Part shown: in pieces, positions 57,789-64,000 of the stretch | Numbering within the stretch: the first letter of the stretch is position 1 | How the letters are laid out: every line of letters begins with the position of its first letter | Origin: a virus | Lineage: Duplodnaviria > Caudoviricetes | Direction: 5' to 3' (one strand) | Virus record (IMG/VR): IMGVR_UViG_3300005805_000059 | Span: 26,047 to 90,046 of that record | Length of the DNA: 64,000 nucleotides | Notes under the pieces: model-generated | What the model was told of the DNA's origin: nothing | Seen by the model: only the letters and a program-made list of their open reading frames with translations | Database searches by the model: none | Program-made: the position numbers and the translations under genes

Positions 57789-57831
57789 ATTGTCTTAATT
57801 ATACACATAATTTTAAGGAGAACTTCAAAAA

Positions 57832-58578
57832 ATGAAAGATGCTATATTAGAAACTTTAGACTACTCGGACAAAATCATCATATCCCCTGATATTGATGGC
57901 TTTTCGTGTGCAAAAATGTTAGCCGACTACAACAACTCGCAAGTGGTCGGTTTGTATGACAAGAACATTCTCGTTTTAGCCGAGCACATCAATCCGATAG
58001 AATGTTTATTTGTTGATTGTGATATGAACGCACCGTATGTCAGCATCGGCAATCACATGCGACTGTCTGACGACAATATGAGCATTATCTCGTTTAACCC
58101 AAACACCTATTATGATGTAAAGCAGTATACGAGCAAATTCCCATACGCAACGGCGTTTTTGATCGCCCACGCATTAGAGGTTGAGACCACACATACGACC
58201 AAAATACGCATGAGTTATGCAGATAGCACATATAAGAATGCTAAGAAATATGAGAGTAACATGCGAGCCTGGTCGGAAAAAATGTGGGATGACAATGTAA
58301 AATTTGTCCTTGATGAAAGTAATTATTTGGACATTGACCGACTGTCTTTAGAATATCCAAAACAAGCATTTGTGTCAAGACGAGTGAATCCACAGACTTA
58401 TATTGATAAAATTCAAGAAGAATTGTCTAATTGGGGAATTCCTTCTTTACCCCTCGTAAATTACCAAAAATTTGATACTGGACTTGTGGATAAGACTACG
58501 ATCAAAAGATACATGGATGATATAATATCTTATGCAGAGATTTATACAAATGAATACTCTGTGACTTATAGGAAGTGA
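57832..58578 (+). CDS. DHH-superfamily-like phosphoesterase (tentative)
   Basis: IISPDIDG, LFVDCD, IGNH; RBS AAGGAG. Confidence 0.4.
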   Translation: MKDAILETLDYSDKIIISPDIDGFSCAKMLADYNNSQVVGLYDKNILVLAEHINPIECLFVDCDMNAPYVSIGNHMRLSDDNMSIISFNPNTYYDVKQYTSKFPYATAFLIAHALEVETTHTTKIRMSYADSTYKNAKKYESNMRAWSEKMWDDNVKFVLDESNYLDIDRLSLEYPKQAFVSRRVNPQTYIDKIQEELSNWGIPSLPLVNYQKFDTGLVDKTTIKRYMDDIISYAEIYTNEYSVTYRK

Positions 58579-58582
58579 TAAT

Positions 58583-58783
58583 GTGTCAGATGATACGAAG
58601 CCTTGGGATCTTTTAAATCCTAATGCACCTCGCAGTCCAGAAGAGATTGCTGCATACCGTCTTTCGATATGTGAAACATGTGAACATTTTAGAAAGACAT
58701 CAAGAACCTGTCGCAAGTGTGGTTGTTTTATGAAATTAAAAACTACCCTTGCAAAATCAAAATGTCCTGTAGGTAAGTGGTAA
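58583..58783 (+). CDS. Small Cys-rich protein, copy 2
   Basis: RLSICETC..CRKCGCFM..K...KCPVGKW. Confidence 0.65.
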   Translation: MSDDTKPWDLLNPNAPRSPEEIAAYRLSICETCEHFRKTSRTCRKCGCFMKLKTTLAKSKCPVGKW

Positions 58784-58784
58784 T

Positions 58785-58862
58785 GTGTCGCTATTGGATA
58801 TCTTTACCACTATCTGTGGATTGTTTATTATTATTTATTATGGAATAAAGTTCTTTAGGTAG
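58785..58862 (+). CDS. Possible 25-aa membrane micropeptide
   Basis: GTG start; SLLDIFTTICGLFIIIYYGIKFFR fills intergenic gap. Confidence 0.3.
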   Translation: MSLLDIFTTICGLFIIIYYGIKFFR

Positions 58863-58867
58863 GATAT

Positions 58868-59491
58868 ATGCACGAAGATACCGACTTAATGAACAACTTC
58901 ATTAACATATGCAAAGTCATCAAGCCAAAGATCTCTATTGAGGTTGGAGGCTTTGATGCTGTTTATTCCCAAGAAATAGCCAAATACGACTTTTGTGAAG
59001 AAGTATATGTATATGAGGCTAATCCTTATGTGTATGAACATTTCTTACCTACATTCCCCCCTAAAATCAAATATGAGAACATTGCCATATCAGACTACCA
59101 AGGAACCGCTAATCTTGGCTTAGAATCGATTCTAGACCCTATACAAGGTCATTTCTCAATTAAGACTAGACCAGATAGAAATATAGAAGAGACTATTGGT
59201 GTTACCTGTTCTTCTTTGGACTTTTTACATTTGTATGCCCCCGAAAGAAAGATAGCAATGTGGATCGACTGTGAAGGATCAAATAGGGAAGTCTTGTTAG
59301 GTGCTAGGAATTTGTTATCAAATGTAGAAGCATTATTTATAGAGACTGAGCATTATCCGTTTTGGGAAGATCAATGGCTACACGATGATGTTGTGGAATA
59401 TTTGGCTACCCTCGGATTTTTGCTATTTTCACAAACACCGTATGGTGAGATGCAGTCAAATTGTATTTTTCTGAAAAAATTTCCATTTTGA
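58868..59491 (+). CDS. FkbM-family SAM-dependent methyltransferase
   Basis: IEVGG, YEANP, AISD, WIDCEG..VLLG, IET. Confidence 0.8.
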   Translation: MHEDTDLMNNFINICKVIKPKISIEVGGFDAVYSQEIAKYDFCEEVYVYEANPYVYEHFLPTFPPKIKYENIAISDYQGTANLGLESILDPIQGHFSIKTRPDRNIEETIGVTCSSLDFLHLYAPERKIAMWIDCEGSNREVLLGARNLLSNVEALFIETEHYPFWEDQWLHDDVVEYLATLGFLLFSQTPYGEMQSNCIFLKKFPF

Positions 59492-59677
59492 CAAAATCTG
59501 AATATTTTGCAAAGATGTACGATGCACGATCTGTGTAAATAAAATAGAAATAAATAGTGAGCACACTGCATGCCCGCACCTGGTCACCCCTAAATAATTT
59601 TTTACTACACGCCACCCAAATTTATTTTACAAATAAAAAAAATGCTAGTAACTTTTACATCACTAGCATATCTATTT

Positions 59678-59959
59678 TTATTTATTTATTTTGTTATTCA
59701 CTTTAGTTGCGAGTTGCTTCACTTGTTCGCTAGTGAGTGCTGTGTTCTGCGTAATCTTGTCAATGCCTATGTCTTTGATAACTTTGCTAGTTTCAATGAC
59801 GATAGTTCTTGCAAAATAAACCCCCAATAATTTGAAGGCAAACGGAATAACTGCAAGCACTCCAACAGTTAGCAAGGTGATGATGAACGCACCAAACACC
59901 ATTGCATAACCTAGCCAAGTGAAGGCTGTATTTATTGGGTCAGTAATAAAGTCAAACAC
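59678..59959 (-). CDS. Membrane protein
   Basis: Long hydrophobic N-terminal stretch; RBS AGAGG. Confidence 0.6.
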   Translation of the reverse strand: MFDFITDPINTAFTWLGYAMVFGAFIITLLTVGVLAVIPFAFKLLGVYFARTIVIETSKVIKDIGIDKITQNTALTSEQVKQLATKVNNKINK

Positions 59960-60150
59960 TATTCAACCTCTTGGAAGAATAGCACTTCAAATTCGTCAAT
60001 TTGGAAATTCTTATTTAGATAAGCGTTATTTATCTTTAGTGTTTCTAATTGAGCCGACAAAATTTCTGCAACTCTTTGATAAGAGTGTGCTTCATAGTAA
60101 TAAGGTGTATTGTCAATGACAACTTTGAGGGTGCAAATGCGATTAGTCAT
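59959..60150 (-). CDS. Hypothetical early protein
   Basis: AAGAAAGG RBS before ATG 60150. Confidence 0.6.
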   Translation of the reverse strand: MTNRICTLKVVIDNTPYYYEAHSYQRVAEILSAQLETLKINNAYLNKNFQIDEFEVLFFQEVE

Positions 60151-60184
60151 AATCAGCCTTTCTTTAGTTTGAATTGGTAGGCAA

Positions 60185-60207
60185 ATTGTAGCATTACCCT
60201 CTGACAT
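60185..60207 (-). promoter_or_regulatory. Leftward TGTCAG-N10-TACAAT promoter
   Basis: Same box and spacing as the three rightward cassettes. Confidence 0.6.
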
Positions 60208-60246
60208 CAGGAATTGTCCTATTTTGTCCGAATTTAGATCTAGGAA

Positions 60247-60350
60247 TGTGACCTAATTCACAAAAATAGTGGTGTCCTATTTGTCATAAAAAAACGGACA
60301 TATCCGACAATATGGGACATTTGAATGTCAGACCTATGCCTTATTATTGG
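60247..60350 (+). repeat. Early promoter cassette 1 (CRP-type site, GGACA boxes, TGTCAG-N10-TATTAT)
   Basis: TGTGA-CCTAAT-TCACA at 60247-62; ungapped alignment with cassette 2. Confidence 0.8.
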
Positions 60351-60379
60351 AGTGTACCTAAAAGAAAGGGGTCTCACTA

Positions 60380-60574
60380 ATGACCAAAAAATTCACCTCA
60401 CTAGAGGAACTCAAAAATTTCGTTATCGCTGAAAAAATTGCAAACTATGAAAAGCAAAAGCAAATAGAAAATAAACTATTCGCTTCACTTGCTAATGCTG
60501 AATTGCAAGAGTGTGCTAGATGTGGTGCTGATGTATCACCTACAACACACCCTGAAATTGGTTGCGACTACTAA
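60380..60574 (+). CDS. Early microprotein with CxxC
   Basis: RBS AAGAAAGGGG; CARCG. Confidence 0.65.
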   Translation: MTKKFTSLEELKNFVIAEKIANYEKQKQIENKLFASLANAELQECARCGADVSPTTHPEIGCDY

Positions 60575-60588
60575 GAAAGGTAATAACT

Positions 60589-60753
60589 ATGAATAAAAAT
60601 TTACTAGATTGTGATTGGTGCTTTGAATACTATCCGTTTGATGACCTCTACAATGTAGACTACAACGATGGTTTCTGTAATGTATTGTGTCCTCTTTGCT
60701 TGTCAATGGCACAAGAAGAAATGCCTAATAGAATAGAAAGTGTGTGGAAATAA
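60589..60753 (+). CDS. Early zinc-finger microprotein
   Basis: RBS AAGAAAGG; CDWC..CPLC. Confidence 0.65.
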   Translation: MNKNLLDCDWCFEYYPFDDLYNVDYNDGFCNVLCPLCLSMAQEEMPNRIESVWK

Positions 60754-60896
60754 TGAGAGATACAATAATGCTGTTTATCGTAATGGATGATACTAATCAA
60801 GTGTACGCAATGTACGACAATTTGCAAGACGCTGAAAATGTAATTGCAAAAGTTGGTAATGAATTTTGGTACATAGATACAGAAGAGGTATGCTAA
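60753..60896 (+). CDS. Early microprotein, 47 aa
   Basis: TAATG coupling at both ends. Confidence 0.55.
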   Translation: MRDTIMLFIVMDDTNQVYAMYDNLQDAENVIAKVGNEFWYIDTEEVC

Positions 60897-61078
60897 TGAA
60901 GAAACTAAACTACTATGAGCGTGACGCTATGCTTGAGCAATCTATTGAATTTATCAAGCAAAAGTACGGCTTCAATCGTGATAGGGCTTCTGTCGTACTT
61001 ATGGGAATGATGTTCTCTTTGATAAATGATAGTGACTTAGAACTAATACTAACTGTTGCACAAAAGGAGCGTGACTAA
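60896..61078 (+). CDS. Early hypothetical protein
   Basis: TAATG coupling; GAGG RBS. Confidence 0.6.
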   Translation: MKKLNYYERDAMLEQSIEFIKQKYGFNRDRASVVLMGMMFSLINDSDLELILTVAQKERD

Positions 61079-61290
61079 TGAACGAACTAAACCCCTATAC
61101 CCTTGAATACATAATCGCTGACCTACAAAAGAAATTGGTGAGTTACAGAAAAGACTTTGCCTTTGGATTGAGTTGGTCAGAACCTCAACGGCGTGAGCGA
61201 ATTGGGCAAATAAAATTGCTTGAATTGCTAATTGCAAACTATGAAAATAGATTGAGTGAATTGCTGATTGACCTTGACAATCAAAAATAA
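61078..61290 (+). CDS. Early hypothetical coiled-coil protein
   Basis: AAGGAG RBS; coupled. Confidence 0.6.
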   Translation: MNELNPYTLEYIIADLQKKLVSYRKDFAFGLSWSEPQRRERIGQIKLLELLIANYENRLSELLIDLDNQK

Positions 61291-61447
61291 ATTTGGAAGG
61301 TATTCTGTTTATTGTGGTAAAGTGGTTATCACAATAAGCAATTTACATTCTGCAATTGAATACGCAAAAGAATTTGACGCAACAAAAGTTGTAGATGAAA
61401 AAAATAAAATTGTGTGGCAAAATTCCAGGATCAGCAAAATAGGGTAA
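61274..61447 (+). CDS. Possible early protein, 57 aa (TTG start)
   Basis: Open frame up to the next non-coding cassette; weak RBS. Confidence 0.35.
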   Translation: MTIKNKFGRYSVYCGKVVITISNLHSAIEYAKEFDATKVVDEKNKIVWQNSRISKIG

Positions 61448-61457
61448 ATCAGACAGG

Positions 61458-61594
61458 GTGCATGCAAGTCGGGCAAATCGGACATCCAGGTGTGACTAAG
61501 ACCACAAAAATACTTATGCCCGAATTGTCATAAAAAAAGGTACATATCCGACTTTTTGGTACATTTCAATGTCAGACCTATCGCTTATTATTGC
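61458..61594 (+). repeat. Early promoter cassette 2
   Basis: GTGCATGCA, TGTGA-CTAAGA-CCACA (61491-506), TGTCAG (61570), TATTAT (61586). Confidence 0.8.
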
Positions 61595-61612
61595 CTTGTA
61601 AGAAAAAATAAA

Positions 61613-61714
61613 TAGTGTGTAGGTGAGCCTAGCAAATAAATCTGAGGTGAGCCTGATTAGAAATAATCAGCAAATAAACTCAGAGTGAGCCTAGCAAATA
61701 AACTACACACACTA
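61613..61714 (+). ncRNA. Candidate branched cis-regulatory leader RNA with three GUGAGC..CAAAUAAA units
   Basis: Three nested stems and three motif copies between promoter and RBS. Confidence 0.7.
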
Positions 61715-61732
61715 ACTAAGAAAGGTGTCACT

Positions 61733-61897
61733 ATGACAATTACAGAAATTGAAAATTCACTAGAAATTTTAGAAACCTATGAAACTACTTGGTGTGAAAT
61801 TCATAAGAATTTTATTAGCCTCGCTGAGTGTGTTGAGTGCGAGATGTCTACTTGTGCAGACTGCCTTCGTGCTTATGGTTGCGATAACTGTTACTAA
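61733..61897 (+). CDS. Early Cys-rich microprotein
   Basis: RBS AAGAAAGGTG; WCEIH..CVEC..CADC..CDNC. Confidence 0.65.
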   Translation: MTITEIENSLEILETYETTWCEIHKNFISLAECVECEMSTCADCLRAYGCDNCY

Positions 61898-61911
61898 AGA
61901 AAGGTAAAACT

Positions 61912-62073
61912 ATGAAAACTAATAATCCGTTTATGGACATTCTAAATTGTAAAGAATGCAACGGCTCAGGCTATTTTGGCTTTAGCGTTGCAGGTGTTTG
62001 GGAATTTACATTCTGCAAATGCAATCCACATAAATTAGACTTGTCAGGTTTCAAAAGGAGTGTGACTAAATGA
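61912..62073 (+). CDS. Early zinc-finger microprotein, 53 aa
   Basis: RBS AAGAAAGG; CKECNGSG..FCKC. Confidence 0.65.
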   Translation: MKTNNPFMDILNCKECNGSGYFGFSVAGVWEFTFCKCNPHKLDLSGFKRSVTK

Positions 62074-62243
62074 TGACAAGAAAAGACTATGTAACTACTG
62101 CCGAAATTCTAAACGGCAATCGCTATTTCATAACTGAAATGGTATTCATTGAAATGGTAAATGAATTTGCAGACTATTTTGCAAGTGATAATCCTAGATT
62201 CAATCGTGAAAAATTTATTTCTGCTTGCAATGGAGGTAAGTAA
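62070..62243 (+). CDS. MTRKDY/DNPRF family microprotein, copy 1
   Basis: RBS AAGGAG; paralog at 63624. Confidence 0.7.
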   Translation: MMTRKDYVTTAEILNGNRYFITEMVFIEMVNEFADYFASDNPRFNREKFISACNGGK

Positions 62244-62329
62244 TGAAACTACAATTGAAATGTGTTGAGTGTTCTCAGTGGATAGACGCTGATGAATTCG
62301 CTTGGGGACACGATTGCGAAGTGGCGTAA
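62243..62329 (+). CDS. 28-aa zinc-finger micropeptide
   Basis: GGAGG RBS; CVEC..HDC. Confidence 0.55.
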   Translation: MKLQLKCVECSQWIDADEFAWGHDCEVA

Positions 62330-62385
62330 AGCCACCTAGCAACACCCCGACACGCCCGAGGTCGGCATGCACTCAAGATCAGGCT

Positions 62386-62523
62386 GTGCATGCAAACCAG
62401 ACAAATCGGACATTCTGATGTGATAATACTCACACAAACCAATTTTGTCCTATTTGTCCTAATAAATAGGGCATTTCCGACTTTAGTGGACATTCAGATG
62501 TCAGACCCCTATGTTATTCTTAT
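62386..62523 (+). repeat. Early promoter cassette 3
   Basis: GTGCATGCA, TGTGA-TAATAC-TCACA (62419-34), TGTCAG (62499), TATTCT (62515). Confidence 0.8.
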
Positions 62524-62561
62524 CCTGTAAGTAAAGAAAGTCTCTTGAAAGGAGAACTCAG

Positions 62562-62726
62562 ATGATAGTTTCAGTTAGTGTCTATCCTAAGAACGACAAT
62601 GCAATGCCGTTCAAAATAAATTTCCCTAATCGTGATGAGGCTAATGCCTATTGCGAAGCAATAAGTAATCGTTGCGACTTCTTCGTAATGGAATTTCCTA
62701 ACGAAGTTTATCGTGAGTTAGACTAA
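62562..62726 (+). CDS. Early microprotein, 54 aa
   Basis: RBS GAAAGGAG. Confidence 0.6.
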   Translation: MIVSVSVYPKNDNAMPFKINFPNRDEANAYCEAISNRCDFFVMEFPNEVYRELD

Positions 62727-62740
62727 GAAAGGTTGAACTA

Positions 62741-62869
62741 ATGTCTAGAAATGTCTACTATCTATCCTGCGAAATTTGCAGAATTTCATCTACTCTATCG
62801 GGAGTAAAGGTTTCAGGTTCTAAAATAATCTGCAACGAATGTTATTCATCAGTATTGGAGGTCAAGTAA
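62741..62869 (+). CDS. Early zinc-finger microprotein, 42 aa
   Basis: RBS AAGAAAGG; CEIC..CNEC. Confidence 0.65.
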   Translation: MSRNVYYLSCEICRISSTLSGVKVSGSKIICNECYSSVLEVK

Positions 62870-63024
62870 TGAATAAGAAAACTAAAATTTACAATTTGCA
62901 AAAATTAATTGATAATCAAAATTGGTTGAAAGACCAATTGGCTAATCACCCAAGTGATACGCTAATGGTTGAACACTATCAACAGATGATAGACTACTAC
63001 TCAAAGAAAGTTTGGGGTAAGTGA
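62869..63024 (+). CDS. Early microprotein
   Basis: GGAGG RBS; TAATG coupling. Confidence 0.6.
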   Translation: MNKKTKIYNLQKLIDNQNWLKDQLANHPSDTLMVEHYQQMIDYYSKKVWGK

Positions 63025-63152
63025 TGGCAGTTGCAATTGCACTTTGCACATCGTTTGGATGTACAGGCATAACTGTATTTGAAGATGTGCCTTCGTGTTT
63101 CAAACCTGTTGACATTCCTTGCGAGACTTGTCAACCTGTTGCGAGAGTGTAG
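63024..63152 (+). CDS. Early Cys-rich microprotein, 42 aa
   Basis: TGATG coupling; 5 Cys incl. CETC. Confidence 0.5.
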   Translation: MAVAIALCTSFGCTGITVFEDVPSCFKPVDIPCETCQPVARV

Positions 63153-63190
63153 GGCGATCAGCCCTCACTCAATGCCCGAATTGTCCGAGT

Positions 63191-63291
63191 GTGCATGCAC
63201 CCAAAGCATGCGACCTGTGGTGTAAATCACACAAAGATGTCCGATTTGTACGCATTTTGGATTTGACTTTTTCAGAATTTTATGGCAAACT
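63191..63291 (+). promoter_or_regulatory. Early promoter cassette 4 (variant)
   Basis: Two GCATGC, TGTGG-TGTAAA-TCACA (63216-31), TTGACT-17-CAAACT with TGn. Confidence 0.6.
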
Positions 63292-63321
63292 AAGGCTATG
63301 AGAACAAAGAAAGGGTTCAAA

Positions 63322-63432
63322 ATGAAAGAACTACTAAAAAATGTAATCGAGTCCGATTGGATTTGGTACGCTACTCCAATTGTTTGGGGTCTTGTAATTG
63401 TCCTACAATTCGTGCGAATTGTTCTAAACTAA
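63322..63432 (+). CDS. 36-aa single-TM microprotein
   Basis: RBS AAGAAAGGG; hydrophobic C-half. Confidence 0.6.
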   Translation: MKELLKNVIESDWIWYATPIVWGLVIVLQFVRIVLN

Positions 63433-63447
63433 GAAAGGTAAAAACTA

Positions 63448-63624
63448 ATGTACAAAGTAAGACTAGAAACCTTCAATGGTGATGTGAGAGTAATTGAACT
63501 ACCTTCAAAGGGTGCTGTTGCTCAATTCATAAATTCCTACCCTGAAAAATTGCCAACAGGCATTAGCGTAAAAATTGCTTGTGACGCTTTGGGTGTTTCA
63601 GGTGTGTTGCGAGGTGTTGCGTAA
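63448..63624 (+). CDS. Early microprotein, 58 aa
   Basis: RBS AAGAAAGG. Confidence 0.6.
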   Translation: MYKVRLETFNGDVRVIELPSKGAVAQFINSYPEKLPTGISVKIACDALGVSGVLRGVA

Positions 63625-63791
63625 TGATGACACGCAAAGACTATGTGCGAACAGCACAAATCATAAACTCTGTTCACTTCTTTGTCAATGACAATGTGTC
63701 TCTGCACTTGATAAATAGTTTCGCTGACTATTTCCAAGCAGATAATCCTCGCTTTGATAGACAAAAATTTATTCAGGCTTGCACTAAGTAG
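63624..63791 (+). CDS. MTRKDY/DNPRF family microprotein, copy 2
   Basis: TAATG coupling; paralog of 62070..62243. Confidence 0.7.
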   Translation: MMTRKDYVRTAQIINSVHFFVNDNVSLHLINSFADYFQADNPRFDRQKFIQACTK

Positions 63792-63800
63792 GAGGTGACT

Positions 63801-64000
63801 ATGTTAGATAATTTCTATTTCCAAATTTGGTTCTCTAAAGAATACGGATTTACTTTTGACATCTACCCATTGCTACAATTTCAAATTGACTTTGGTGTGA
63901 TTGCAATTGTGTTTGGTCTTGTTGTTGCGTTGCGAATTCGTAAAGCAATTCAAAATCGTAAACGCAAATTCATAAACAAAACTGTTGTGAGTGATTTCTA
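63801..64000 (+). CDS. Membrane microprotein (ends at window edge)
   Basis: RBS AGGAGGTG; TM segment FGVIAIVFGLVVAL then basic tail. Confidence 0.6.
   Translation, partial: MLDNFYFQIWFSKEYGFTFDIYPLLQFQIDFGVIAIVFGLVVALRIRKAIQNRKRKFINKTVVSDF

Noticed and set aside
61623-61702. Triple repeat as a mini CRISPR array
   Set aside because: Units are 18 nt separated by 6-nt complementary arms, not unique 30-40 nt spacers, and no cas1/cas2 is present
360-63764. Many ORF-track entries antisense to or nested in long genes (e.g. 1162..1368, 5425..5742, 23895..24407, 48157..48564, 62109..62372)
   Set aside because: They overlap well-supported genes, lack RBSs and show no motifs; typical shadow frames
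1-64000. Prophage or lysogeny module
   Set aside because: No integrase, att-like junction, repressor pair or host flanking genes seen

Overview
A 64 kb segment of a large, AT-rich, tailed dsDNA phage with a long non-contractile tail (siphovirus-like). No integrase or repressor is visible. An actinobacterial host is inferred from the DnaE/DnaB/primase/RecA/NrdJ gene set, a PNGGSS-type membrane protein, frequent leaderless extended -10 promoters and CRP/GlxR-type sites. Layout: (1) 1-11.5 kb, minus strand: recombination and replication genes (RuvC-like, Cas4-like, second resolvase-like nuclease, RecA, MazG, DnaE, SSB, primase, DnaB, HTH). (2) 11.5-41.6 kb, minus strand: minor tail proteins, a 2943-aa tape measure, two paralogous tail chaperones, major tail, neck, capsid, protease/scaffold and portal; no terminase is recognisable. 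(3) 41.6-57.8 kb: class II RNR, then a fibre/adhesin cluster, a counter-oriented secreted lytic transglycosylase and a holin-like gene. (4) 57.8-59.5 kb, plus strand: accessory genes. (5) 59.6-64 kb: an early-type region of micro-ORFs driven by repeated ~110-bp promoter cassettes. The strongest unexplained signals are non-coding: a branched RNA built from three GUGAGC...CAAAUAAA units (61613-61714), four CRP-type palindromes, three at near-fixed spacing in repeated promoter cassettes, and a ~55-nt hairpin sRNA with its own promoter (57450-57504). Protein-level oddities are a duplicated G/GT tail chaperone pair and apparently interleaved FN3 domains. All calls come from reading motifs by eye; no searches were run. 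Several starts were moved from the ORF track to the ATG/GTG with an RBS or stop-start overlap.
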